Origin: an uncultured Actinomycetes bacterium
Lineage (GTDB): Bacteria > Actinomycetota > UBA4738 > HRBIN12
NCBI GenBank assembly: GCA_963704725.1
Contig: OY969934.1
Location: forward strand, 2,656,001 to 2,720,000
DNA length: 64,000 nt
Direction of reading: 5' to 3'
Of this stretch, positions 53,340-63,392 are shown one piece after another. Within the stretch, counting starts at the first letter, position 1. Each line of letters begins with the position of its first letter. The notes beneath the pieces were generated by a model. It was not told the origin of the DNA. It was given only the letters and a program-made list of their open reading frames with translations, and did no database searches. A program made the translations under genes and the position numbers.

Positions 53340-54299
53340 TCACGGCCTCATCGCCCCGTGGGACAACTTGCGGAAGAAGACACGGTCGTAGCCGTCCTGC
53401 TGCTCGCGGCCGGTCTCCTCGAAGCCGAGCCCCGTGTAGAATTGATGGTCTTCCACCATCGCCACGTTCGTGAACAGCCGGAGCTCCCCAAGCCCGAGCT
53501 CGGCCGCCCGGACCTCGGCGAAGCGCATCAACCGGGTCCCGAAACCTCGTCCCTGCGACGCCGGGAGGACGGCGACGTCGCGGACGAGGAGATGATCCTC
53601 GCGGGGTACGAGGACGATCACGGCGTTCCCGTCGTCCGAGACATAGGCCTCCGCGCGGGCGATCGCCTCGCCGAAGTCCTCGAGCATCGCGGCCGGCTCC
53701 CTGCCGATCAGCTCCACGTACGGCGCGAAGGCCGCCCGCACCACGCGTCGGACCCGGCCCGACGTCGGTGGGGACCGCCGTCCGGATGCCGTCCCACCGC
53801 CGCCACCTGCGGAACACCTCGAGACCGTCCGGGCAGAACGGCTCTCGCGCGGCCATGGCCTCGACCTCGGCGGGGTCGGCGAACGCTCCCCACACGACCT
53901 CCTCGGGCTGCCACCGGATCGGCCCATCCCACCGGACGTCGTACACGGCGCCCCACACCCGGCCGCCCGCTCCCTCGTACCGGTGGAGGAACCGGAAGAC
54001 CGGCTTCGCCAGAGACGCCGAGCTCCTCCTCGAGCTCGCGGGCGGCGCATGTGTCGTAGGACTCGCCGGCCGCGTTCACGCCACCGGCGCACACGTCGAG
54101 ATAGCCCGGATAGACGTCCTTCGTCTCGGTCCGTCGATGGACGTACAGCTCGTCCCGCAGCATCCAGCACGAAGACGTATGTGCAGCGGTGCCACAGCCG
54201 GCGCCGCCGCACGACGCGCCTCGGCACCACGTCGACGACGACGTTGGACGCATCAACCACGTCGACGAGCTCGTCCCCCGGATCCGGGTGCTCCGCCAT
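53340..54299 (-). CDS. NUDIX hydrolase-GNAT acetyltransferase fusion (several frameshifts)
   Basis: Nudix box 'GGVNAAGESYDTCAARELEEELG' and 'QPEEV', 'FCPDG', continuing without a stop into GNAT 'VAVLPASQGRGFG...FYTGLGF'. Confidence 0.65.
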   Translation of the reverse strand: MAEHPDPGDELVDVVDASNVVVDVVPRRVVRRRRLWHRCTYVFVLDAAGRAVRPSTDRDEGRLSGLSRRVRRWRERGRRVLRHMRRPRARGGARRLWRSRSSGSSTGTRERAAGCGAPCTTSGGMGRSGGSPRRSCGERSPTPPRSRPWPRESRSARTVSRCSAGGGGGTASGRRSPPTSGRVRRVVRAAFAPYVELIGREPAAMLEDFGEAIARAEAYVSDDGNAVIVLVPREDHLLVRDVAVLPASQGRGFGTRLMRFAEVRAAELGLGELRLFTNVAMVEDHQFYTGLGFEETGREQQDGYDRVFFRKLSHGAMRP

Positions 54300-54316
54300 G
54301 CGCCTATCCTGCCGCG

Positions 54317-54950
54317 ATGATCCGACGAACGGCACCTCGAGCGGTCGTGTTCGACATGGACGGCACCTTGCTGGACTCGCACGGCCGGGTCGTCGACGCC
54401 GTCGCCGCGACCCTGCGGTCCCTCGGCGAGGACCGACACTCGCGCGAGGAGATCGCCGCGACGCTGTTCACCGGGCCGGCCGGCTCGATCCTCACCCATC
54501 TGCTGGGGCGAGCGGCCACCGAGGAGGACGTCGCGCGAGTACCACGCTCACCTGGCGGAGCTCGCGCCCGCCGCGCCCGTCTACCCGGGGATCTCGGCCG
54601 CGCTCGGAGCGCTCGCGACGCCGACGGCGGTCTTCACCGGCGCGAGCAGTCGCTCGGCCGCCATCTTGCTGTCCGCCTCCGGGCTCGCCCGCCACTTCCG
54701 GGTCGTGGTGGGCGGGGACCAGGTGGACCACGTGAAACCGGCCCCGGACGGGCTGCTCGAGGCGAGTCGGCTCCTCGGCGTGCCCGCGGAGGCGGTCGCA
54801 TACGTCGGAGACTCCCCCCACGACGTGGCGTGCGCTCGGGCGGCCGGATCGCTCGCCGTCGCGGCGGGGTGGGGCGAGCTGTTCGACCCGTCAGTCGAAG
54901 CCGACGTCGTGCTGTCGGACCCGCTCGAGGTCCTCGGGCTCGTCGGGTAG
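54317..54950 (+). CDS. HAD-family hydrolase (frameshift near 54535)
   Basis: 'VVFDMDGTLLDS' in one frame; 'KPAPDG', 'YVGDSPHD' in another. Confidence 0.8.
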
Positions 54951-56773
54951 CCGGATCACGTCACGGGAGGACAGCGCAACCTCGATGATCTGCGCGATCT
55001 CCTCGCCGACGAGCTCGTCGCGGGCGATGAGGGAGTCGCGGAGCGCCACGACGACATCGCGATTCTCCTCGAGCAGGGCCGAGACGCGAACGCGCTGCGC
55101 CATGAGCAGCTCCTCGACCCGTTCCTTGCCCCCGGGGTCGGCCAGGACCCTGCCGACGAGGTTCTTCGATCCGATGGGGCCTTCGGCGATCGCGTCGTAG
55201 GAGATCAGGGAGCCGGCCATCCCGAACGAGCCGACCATCTGCGCCGCGAGCGTCGTCGCGTGCTGCAGGTCCGACGCCGGCCCCGTCCCGCTCTCGCCGA
55301 AGAAGACCTCCTCGGCGGACAGGCCACCGAGGGCGATCGCGATCCCGGCCTCGAGCTCCGTGCGGGTCCGCGTGAACCGCTCCTCCTCGTCGCCGTGCGC
55401 GAGCAGTCCGAGCGACTGGCGCCGCTTGATGATGGACAGGACCTCGAGCCGGCGGCCCTTGCCGAGGAAGTATGCGACGGCTGCGTGCCCCGCCTCGTGC
55501 GTCGCGACCGCCACCCGATCGGCCTCCGTGTACACGACCGGCTGCTTGAACCCGAGCTCCTCGGTCAGCTTGGCCTCGTAGACGTCGTCGACGCTCATCT
55601 GCTTGCGGCCGTTCCGCAGCGCGACGAGCAGCGCCTCGTCGAAGAGGTGCTCGATCATGACCGGCGTGTAGCCGAACGTGTCGTGGGCCAGGCGCTCGCG
55701 CGCCTCGTCGTCGTCGAGCAGCTCGTGGTGCGACTTCCGATCGAGGAAGAAGTCGACGAGCTCGCGCCGCCCGTTCTTGGTCGGGACGTCGAAGTAGAGC
55801 CTCCGATCGAAGCGCCCCGGGCGAAGGAGCGCCGTGTCCAGGTTGTCGGCCCGGTTGGTCGCCGCCACCAGCAGGATGTTGTTGTAGGCGGGTTTCCCGG
55901 CGGGGATGCGATGCTCCGGCGACAGGTAGCCGTTGACCGTCTCGATCAGCCGCGCCCGGACGCGGGCACGCCTCGGGGGCTGGTCGAAGGACTGCATCTG
56001 GATCAGCAGCTCGTTGACCATGCCCGTCCCGGCGGGGCCGACGAAGTTCGACGCCACGCGACCGAGACCCGTGGGGTCCGGGCTGGCGCTCGCGCCGCCA
56101 CGATCTCCCTCCGATCGCGTCGATCTCCTCGATGAACCCGATCGCGCCGCCCTCCTTGCGGGCGAGCTTGCGCAGGGTCTTGAAGAACTGACGGATCCGG
56201 GAACCGGTCATTCCGAACCACATCGACTGGAACGCCGGGGCCGAGATGAACAGGAACGGGACGCCCGCCTGCTTGGCCATGGCTTTGGCCAGGTAGGTCT
56301 TCCCGGTCCCCGGCGGACCTTCGAACAGGATGCCGCGACGAGGGTTGCCGCCGAGCTCGTCGCGGAACGTCGCATAGCCCAGGAAGACATCGAGCGTGCG
56401 CGCGACCTCGTCGACCTGGGTGTCGAGGCCGCGGACCTCGTCCAGCCCGACCTCGATCTCCTCGGGACGCACGACCATGTGCGGCGAGCGCCCGCTGAAC
56501 ATGCGGCATCAGCATGACGACGCCCATGAGGAGGATCAGGACCATGAACGGGAGCCAGATCACCCACTCGGACCCCAGGGCCGGGAGCGCGAACGGGTTG
56601 TGCGTCAGGTACCGGTACCAGAGGTAGCCGTCGAAGAGCCCGAGCGTGATGACGAGCCGCCACAGCCGGCGTCGGCGGGTGCGCTCACGGACCCGGGAGA
56701 CGTCGGCCCGACCCTTCTTGAAGACCTCCGACCCCTGCAGGAGGGCGGCGGTGGACCGGTTCGTCTTGTTCAC
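54891..56773 (-). CDS. FtsH-like membrane AAA ATPase / M41 metalloprotease (frameshifts near 56503 and 56060-56110)
   Basis: Two TMs, 'GPPGTGKT', 'FIEEIDAIG', 'ATNR...ALLRPGRFDR', 'HEAGH', 'GPASDL'. Confidence 0.82.
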
Positions 56774-56912
56774 GGCGACTCCAACGGCTGTACGTCGGTT
56801 GCGGGCAACCCTACGTGAGCCGGCCGATGGACGCATCCGGCGTTCGCACTACGCCTTCCGCCGGGGCCTCGAGCCTGTCGACGCCGCAGTCGAGCGGCTA
56901 TCGTGCGGGCTC

Positions 56913-57302
56913 GTGGCCAGGAAGAAGCTGCCTCCGGTCGCCCGGGAGGACGCGAAGGTCGTCGGCGCGCTCCTGCGGAGCCTTCGCCGTGCGGCGGGCT
57001 ACCGCGCGGTGCAGGATGCCGCCTCGGCGACCGGGTTCCCGGCGGCGCGCCAGACGATCTACGCGTACGAGCGCGGCGGCCTGACGCCCTCGCTCCAGCA
57101 GTTCCTCGACCTCGTCGAGTTCTACACGCTCCACGCGCTGCCGACGGACGGCGCGAAGCCGGAGGAGGATCTCCGTGCTCAGGCCGTCGCCGCCGTGGCC
57201 AGGGCGCTGGCCCTGCCCGCCTACCACGTGAAGCGGGCGCAGGATCTGATGGACCGCCTCCAGCCGGCGCTGGGTGCGAGCCGGCGGCGGGCGGCCCGGT
57301 GA
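56913..57302 (+). CDS. XRE-type helix-turn-helix protein
   Basis: 'GALLRSLRRAAGY...RQTIYAYERG..TPS'. Confidence 0.7.
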   Translation: MARKKLPPVAREDAKVVGALLRSLRRAAGYRAVQDAASATGFPAARQTIYAYERGGLTPSLQQFLDLVEFYTLHALPTDGAKPEEDLRAQAVAAVARALALPAYHVKRAQDLMDRLQPALGASRRRAAR

Positions 57303-57715
57303 TGCTCACGCGGATCGACCACGTCGGGATCGCGGTCGAAGACCTCGAGGCCGCCGTCGAGAGCTACCGGCAGGCGTTCGGGATCGAGCCCGTCCATCGG
57401 GAGCGGGTCGACGCTCAGGGCGTCGAGGAGGTGCTGTTCGACGTGGGGGGGTCGTACGTCCAGCTCCTCGGGGCGCTGGCGCCGGACACGCCCGTCGGAC
57501 GGTTCCTGGAACGCAACGGGCCGGGCATGCACCACGTCGGCTACCGCGTCGAGGACCTGGCCGGCGCGCTCGAGCAGTTGCGAGCGCGAGGACTCCGCCT
57601 GATCGACCAGCATCCCCGTCCCGGGTCTCGGGGGACCTCGATCGCGTTCGTCCATCCGAGCGCGACCGGCGGCGTCCTCGTCGAGCTGGTGCAGGAGGGC
57701 GCGTCCGGAGCGTAG
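57302..57715 (+). CDS. mce: Methylmalonyl-CoA epimerase
   Basis: 'IDHVGIAV', 'QGVEE', 'GPGMHHVGYRV', 'FVHP..TGGVLVELV'. Confidence 0.93.
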   Translation: MLTRIDHVGIAVEDLEAAVESYRQAFGIEPVHRERVDAQGVEEVLFDVGGSYVQLLGALAPDTPVGRFLERNGPGMHHVGYRVEDLAGALEQLRARGLRLIDQHPRPGSRGTSIAFVHPSATGGVLVELVQEGASGA

Positions 57716-57729
57716 CCGTGCGACGCCCC

Positions 57730-58971
57730 TCAGGGGAGGCCGGTGAGGCCCCGCCGCGGCGCGTTGACGAGGACGGCGACGTTGCCCTCGGGGAGCTGCC
57801 CGTCGGCCATCAGCTGATGGACCCGTCCCGTCTCCTCGTATTCGTACGCGTGCCCCAGAGTGGTGCGGACGGTCCCCGCCCGCACGAGGTCGTTGAACGC
57901 GGCGGCCTGCTCGTCGTTGAACAGGTGCGAGCCCTGGTAGCGCTTCTGCAGGTACCACAGGTACCGGACGTCGATCACCGTGTCGTAGCCGGTCGTCCCC
58001 GCGCAGATCACGATCATCCCGCCCCGGTCGCACACGAAGTTCGAGGTGGGGATGGTGTCCTCACCGGGATGCTCGAACACGATCCGGGGGTTGGTCCGCT
58101 CCCCCAGGACGTCCCAGATCGCCTTGCCGAACGCCTTGGCCCCCTCGAACCAGTCCTTCCACCCCGGGTCGTTCCACCTCGGAGGCACGCCCCAGTGCGT
58201 GAACCGGGTTCGATCGACGTAGCCGACGGCGCCCAGGTCCATGCAGTACTCGCCCCTGCTCGAGCTGGACACCACGGCGACCGCCCGGCCGCCGGCGATC
58301 GTCACGAGCTGGATCGCGAGCGAGCCGAGCCCTCCCGACCCACCCCACACCAGGACCACGTCGCCCGGTTGCACCGTGTGGGGCGGCCAGCCGTGGAGCA
58401 TCCGGTACGCGGTCGAGCCGGTCAGCGTGGGAGCGGCGGCCTCCTCCCACGTGAGGTGCTCGGCCTTCGGCAGGCACTGGTGGGCCTGGACCTTGCAGAA
58501 CTGCGAGAACGACCCCCAGCACGTGTCGTACCCCCACACCCGGAAGCTCGGCGCGAGGCCGGGGTCGTTCCCGGCGACCGCCCACGGGTCGTCGAGGTCC
58601 CACTGCCCGGCGTGGACCACGACGTGATCGCCGACCTGCACGTTCGTCACCGCGTCTCCGACGGCGGTCACGACGCCGGCCGCGTCCGAGCCCACGACGT
58701 GGAACTCGGTAGGCTCGCCCCACCGAGCCTGGGTCTTGGTCACGTCGACGGGGACGCCGCGGGCCGCCCACACGTTGTTGAAGTTCACCCCGGCGGCCAT
58801 GACGAGCACGAGGGCTTCGTGCGGGCCGAGCTCCGGGACGTCGATCACCTCGTCGCGGATCGACCCCGCCGGCTCGCCGAAGCGATCGGGCCGGACGAGC
58901 TGGGCGTGCATGCGTGCCGGGACCTCGCCCACCGGTGGCAGCTCACCGATCTCGTACACGTCGTTCGGCAT
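57730..58971 (-). CDS. ccrA: Crotonyl-CoA carboxylase/reductase
   Basis: 'MAAGVNFNNVWA', 'GSDAAG', 'TAYRML', 'WGGSGGLG', 'FEHPG', 'CAGTTGY', 'QKRYQGSH'. Confidence 0.92.
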   Translation of the reverse strand: MPNDVYEIGELPPVGEVPARMHAQLVRPDRFGEPAGSIRDEVIDVPELGPHEALVLVMAAGVNFNNVWAARGVPVDVTKTQARWGEPTEFHVVGSDAAGVVTAVGDAVTNVQVGDHVVVHAGQWDLDDPWAVAGNDPGLAPSFRVWGYDTCWGSFSQFCKVQAHQCLPKAEHLTWEEAAAPTLTGSTAYRMLHGWPPHTVQPGDVVLVWGGSGGLGSLAIQLVTIAGGRAVAVVSSSSRGEYCMDLGAVGYVDRTRFTHWGVPPRWNDPGWKDWFEGAKAFGKAIWDVLGERTNPRIVFEHPGEDTIPTSNFVCDRGGMIVICAGTTGYDTVIDVRYLWYLQKRYQGSHLFNDEQAAAFNDLVRAGTVRTTLGHAYEYEETGRVHQLMADGQLPEGNVAVLVNAPRRGLTGLP

Positions 58972-59114
58972 CGGGACCTCTCGAGGGTCGGACGGGTCGG
59001 CGCGGAGCCTAGCCCCGCGCTCGCCGGGGCGACAAGAGACCACTCCAGGGGGATGCGCGAACGGAGGCGACCACCGTATGCTCGGTTTCTCCGACCCGGG
59101 AGCCCGATCCCGAG

Positions 59115-62100
59115 ATGGTGCAACCGACCGACGAACATCCCGGTGCCACGGGGTCGAGGGTCGAGCGCCCGTCTCCCTCGCTGCGCGCCCAGCTGTTCGA
59201 CCGGTTCGCCGATGGGGTCGTGGTCAGCGACCAGCAGGGGCGCTGCGTGGAGGCCAACCTGACGGCCGCCGACCTGCTCGGATACACCCGCGACGAGCTC
59301 ATCGGCCTCCCACTGTCCCTGGTCGTCGCCTCCGAGCCCCCGGATGCTGAGTGGGCCCGGTCGAGCCCCGAGGGCGCCTGGCGGGGGGAGGTCCAGCTGC
59401 GTCGCGCCGACGGAACCACCTTCTCCGCCGAGGCCCGGGAGACCACGATCGAGTCCCAGGACGGACGGTGGGGCGTGCTGATCCTGCGCGAGAGCGGCGA
59501 CGCCGTGGTCCGGGCTCTGCGGGCGACGGAGGCCCAGCTCGCCGCGATCGTCGAGTCCTCCAACGACGCGATCTTCAGTGGGTCGATCGACGGCACGATC
59601 CTTACGTGGAACGAGGGCGCCGAGCGCCTCTTCGGGTACCGACCGGAGGAGATCGTCGGCCGGCACCTCTCGGTCCTCGCGCCGTCCGAGCGGCGCGGAG
59701 AGCCCGAGGGCAAGCTTCGGGCGCTCCAGCGCGGCCGCCGGCTCCGGGAGTTCGAGACGATCCGCCTCCGCAAGGATGGCGTCCCGGCGGAGGTCTCCCT
59801 CTCGGTGTCACCGATCCGCGACACGAGCGGGACGGTCACGGGATTCGCCGAGATCGCCCGCGACGTCTCGGAGCGGCGCGTGGCCGAGCGGCGCGCGCAG
59901 GTGCTCTACCGGCTCATCGAGGCGCTCGGGCGAGCGCGATCGGACGAGCGGATCTTCGAGGCTGCGCTCGACGCACTGCAGCGCGCCCTGCACACCGACC
60001 GGGCCTCGATCCTGCTGTTCGACGAGGACGGCGTCATGCGGTTCCGGGCGTGGCGTGGGCTCGGCGAGGCCTATCGCCAGGCCGTCGAGGGACATAACCC
60101 GTGGGCCGGCGTCGAGGACGGATTCCCGCCGGTTCACGTGCCGGACGCGGAGGCCGACCCCTCGATCGACGCATTCCGCGACTCGGTGCTCGCCGAGGGG
60201 ATCCGAGCCCTCTCATTCGTCGCCCTGCAGCACCAGGGCCGGCTCCTCGGCAAGGTGATGCTCTACTTCGACGCGCCGCGATCGCTGTCCTCCTCCGAGT
60301 CGCAGCTGGCCGTCGCGATCGCCGACCACGTTGCGTTCGCGCTCACGCGGGCGCGCGCGGAGGAGGCGCTGGAACGAGCCCAGGCCCAGCTCGACCTCAT
60401 CACGATCGGTAGCGCGGACGGGCTCACGATCCAGGCCGCCGACGGGCGGGTCGTGTACGCCAACCTCGCGGCGGCGCGGCTGTCCGGGTTCGACTCGGTC
60501 CCCGAGTTCCTGCAGGGGGTCGAGGCGATGGGCGATCGGTGGGAGCTCTTCGACGAGCACGGGATGCCCTTCGAGCCCTCGCAGCTCCCGGGGCGACGCG
60601 CCCTCCTCGGCGAGCCGGGCCCGGAGGCCATCATCAAGATCCGCGATCGCAAGACCGGCGTGGAGCGATGGAGGAGGGTCCGGGCCACGGCGGCCGCCGG
60701 CGAGCACGGGACCGTTCCCTTCGCCATCAACCTGTTCCACGACATCACCGAGGAACGCCGGGCGAGGGAACAGCTCCGATTCCAGGCGGCCCTGCTCCAC
60801 GCGCAGGCGGAGGCCTCGGTCGAGGGCATCCTCGTCGTGGCCACCGACGGGCGCATGGTCTCGTGGAACCAGCGATTCGCCGAGATGTGGGCCATCCCGG
60901 ACGACGTGCTCGCCTCTCGATCGGATCGGCTCGCGATCGACTCGGTGCTGTCCAAGGTCGCGGATCCGGAGGGTTTCCGTAGGCGGATCGACGACCTCTA
61001 TGCCGATCCGGTCATCGAGGCGTCCGACGAGATCGAGTTGCTCGACGGACGCTCGTTCGAGCGCCACACGAAGCCGTTGATCGACGAGGCCGGCGCGGGA
61101 TGGGGACGGATCTGGTTCTTCCGCGACGCGACCGAGGAGCGGCGTCGCGAGGGCTTCCAGCGGCTCCTCGCCGACGCGGGGAGGGCGCTCGCGCTCTCGC
61201 TCGAGGGCGAGACGCGGTTCGGGGCGCTCCTGGACGCCGTGATCCGGTGGAACGCCGACGTCGCCGCCCTGTACGTCGACGAGGGCGACGCGGTCCGGCT
61301 CGTCGACCTCCGCGCGAACGATCCGAGCGCGATCGAGGGCCCGGTCCGGGAGGCGTTCCGGCTCCAGGATCGGCCCAGCCGTTCCGCCCGGGAGGCCGTC
61401 CTGATCCATCGGTCGGTCCTGGTCAACGACGTGGACGACGTCGTCGAGCCTCCCGCCGGGGGACGGGCGCTCTTCGAGCTTGCGAGGCTGGCACGCCTCG
61501 GGAGCGCCGCGATCGTGCCGATCCGCGCCGGCGAGGAGGTGCTGGGCGTCCTCGCCGCCGCTCTGGAGCGGGGCGGGCAACGGTACGACCAGAGCGACCT
61601 GGCTGCCCTCGAGGCCCTGGCCGAGCGCGTCGCGCTCGCCTTCCAGAGCTCGAAGCTGTACGGCGAGCGCGACTTCATCGCGCGGACGCTCCAACGGGGC
61701 CTCCTCCCGGCGGAGATCCCGGAGGTCCCGGGGCTGGAGATTGCGGCGCGGTACCGGGCCGCGGGGGGCGGCGCCGACGTCGGGGGGGACTTCTACGACG
61801 TGTTCGAGCTGAACGAGGCCTCGGTCGCCATCGCCGTGGGAGACGTGTGCGGCAAGGGCCCGACGGCGGCCGTCCTCACGGGTGTGGCGCGCCACACGAT
61901 CCGGACGGCCGCGTCGCTGATGGATCGCCCGGCCCGGATCCTCGAGCTCGTCCACGAGGCGATCCAGCGCGAGGGGCGGGAGGAGGAGTTCTGCACCGTG
62001 GCGCTCGGCCGCTTGGATCGGACCGGCGCGGGGCTCCGGGTCCATCTGAGTCTCGGCGGGCATCCCCGGCCATTGCTCGTGCACGGCGACGGATCCGTCG

Positions 62101-62387
62101 AGCAGCTCGGCGAGCCGGGATCGCTGCTCGGCCTGCTGCCGGACGTTCGCCTGTCCGAGACCGTGCACGATCTCCAGCCCGGCGACACGGTGGTCCTCTT
62201 CACCGACGGCGTGATCGAGCAGCGCACGGGTCAGGAGTTCGGCTCGCCGGAGCTCGCGAACCTCCTCCGAAGCGCCTCCGCGCTGTCGCCCGCGGAGATC
62301 GCGGACCGGATCGAGCAGGCGGTGACCCGGTTCAACCCGGACCCCCGCGACGACGTCGCGGTGCTCGTCGTGCGGGTGACCGCCTGA
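59115..62387 (+). CDS. Multi-PAS/GAF SpoIIE (PP2C) serine phosphatase
   Basis: About four PAS and two GAF domains, then 'LQRGLLP', 'VGGDFYD', 'GDVCGKG', 'GHP', 'FTDG', 'RDDVA'. Confidence 0.92.
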   Translation: MVQPTDEHPGATGSRVERPSPSLRAQLFDRFADGVVVSDQQGRCVEANLTAADLLGYTRDELIGLPLSLVVASEPPDAEWARSSPEGAWRGEVQLRRADGTTFSAEARETTIESQDGRWGVLILRESGDAVVRALRATEAQLAAIVESSNDAIFSGSIDGTILTWNEGAERLFGYRPEEIVGRHLSVLAPSERRGEPEGKLRALQRGRRLREFETIRLRKDGVPAEVSLSVSPIRDTSGTVTGFAEIARDVSERRVAERRAQVLYRLIEALGRARSDERIFEAALDALQRALHTDRASILLFDEDGVMRFRAWRGLGEAYRQAVEGHNPWAGVEDGFPPVHVPDAEADPSIDAFRDSVLAEGIRALSFVALQHQGRLLGKVMLYFDAPRSLSSSESQLAVAIADHVAFALTRARAEEALERAQAQLDLITIGSADGLTIQAADGRVVYANLAAARLSGFDSVPEFLQGVEAMGDRWELFDEHGMPFEPSQLPGRRALLGEPGPEAIIKIRDRKTGVERWRRVRATAAAGEHGTVPFAINLFHDITEERRAREQLRFQAALLHAQAEASVEGILVVATDGRMVSWNQRFAEMWAIPDDVLASRSDRLAIDSVLSKVADPEGFRRRIDDLYADPVIEASDEIELLDGRSFERHTKPLIDEAGAGWGRIWFFRDATEERRREGFQRLLADAGRALALSLEGETRFGALLDAVIRWNADVAALYVDEGDAVRLVDLRANDPSAIEGPVREAFRLQDRPSRSAREAVLIHRSVLVNDVDDVVEPPAGGRALFELARLARLGSAAIVPIRAGEEVLGVLAAALERGGQRYDQSDLAALEALAERVALAFQSSKLYGERDFIARTLQRGLLPAEIPEVPGLEIAARYRAAGGGADVGGDFYDVFELNEASVAIAVGDVCGKGPTAAVLTGVARHTIRTAASLMDRPARILELVHEAIQREGREEEFCTVALGRLDRTGAGLRVHLSLGGHPRPLLVHGDGSVEQLGEPGSLLGLLPDVRLSETVHDLQPGDTVVLFTDGVIEQRTGQEFGSPELANLLRSASALSPAEIADRIEQAVTRFNPDPRDDVAVLVVRVTA

Positions 62388-62388
62388 C

Positions 62389-63339
62389 TCAGCCCACCGC
62401 CGCGGGGACCGCCTGGCTGGAGGGGCAGGACGCGGCGCGCGGGCACCAGGTGCAGTACGGCCCCGGATGCAGGGGAAGGGGTCTGCCGTTCTGCGAGGCG
62501 GACGCGGCGCGGACGGCGTCGACCACGCGATCGGCCGCCCGGGTGAGCACGCGTTCGTCGACGTCCTCCGCCTGCCACTCGCCGGAGTCCAGGTACAGCG
62601 TCGCCACCCGGTACGGGGGAACGCCGAAGCGCAGGGCGAGCAGCAGCGCATAGAACCGCATGTCCTCCGCGTGCTCCGGCCACGCTCGCCCCGTCTTGAG
62701 GTCGATCGCCAGCCGCGTGGCTCGGTTGGGCTCGGCGGCCGAGCCGGACCCGAGCACGAGGTCGAGCTGGCCCGACAGCATCAGCGAGCCGCCGAGCAGC
62801 TCGACCCGCACGTGCCATTCGGTGGAGGGGGCGAGCTCGCGGCGCATGCGCCGGAGCGGCGGCAGCGTCGAGCGGAACAGCTCGAGCGTCTTGGCCGCAT
62901 CCATGAGGGTCTCGTCGCGCCGAATCGGATCCAGCCCGTCCCAGAAGCCGCAGAACGCGCCGTCCTCGCGCAGGCGCTCGGCCGCGGCCTCGACGATGCC
63001 GTGGGGATCGCGATCCTCGCGCCCGGCCACCTCGAGCTCGACCGCCTTGTGCGCGAGCCGTCCGGCAGCGAACCGGGCGGAGAACGAGAACGGACCGCGC
63101 TCGCCGGCGCGCACGGCATCGAACAGCCCGGGACACCGGCCGAGGTCGCTCAGGTTGGACTTGCCGAGCCACAAAGGCTCCTCGAGCTCGAACACCCGCG
63201 CCGTCTCCTCGATCCGGTCCCGGATCCGTGGGACGACGTCCCCGGGGAACACCGGGCGCTCCGCGGTCCCGATCAGCCCGTCGAGCGTCCGGCGCTGCGC
63301 CGGCGTGAGCTCGAGCGCGACCGTTCCGATCGCCGTCAT
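62389..63339 (-). CDS. PD-(D/E)XK nuclease (RecB/AddB/Cas4-like)
   Basis: 'E..V..LSGQLDL...IDLKTG', 'FYAL', N-terminal 'CP' and C-terminal 'CTWCP....C'. Confidence 0.8.
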   Translation of the reverse strand: MTAIGTVALELTPAQRRTLDGLIGTAERPVFPGDVVPRIRDRIEETARVFELEEPLWLGKSNLSDLGRCPGLFDAVRAGERGPFSFSARFAAGRLAHKAVELEVAGREDRDPHGIVEAAAERLREDGAFCGFWDGLDPIRRDETLMDAAKTLELFRSTLPPLRRMRRELAPSTEWHVRVELLGGSLMLSGQLDLVLGSGSAAEPNRATRLAIDLKTGRAWPEHAEDMRFYALLLALRFGVPPYRVATLYLDSGEWQAEDVDERVLTRAADRVVDAVRAASASQNGRPLPLHPGPYCTWCPRAASCPSSQAVPAAVG

Positions 63340-63392
63340 CGCCCCACCGCTCGTGTGTGCACCGCGCCGGGATGGTATGAGGTACCACTGAC

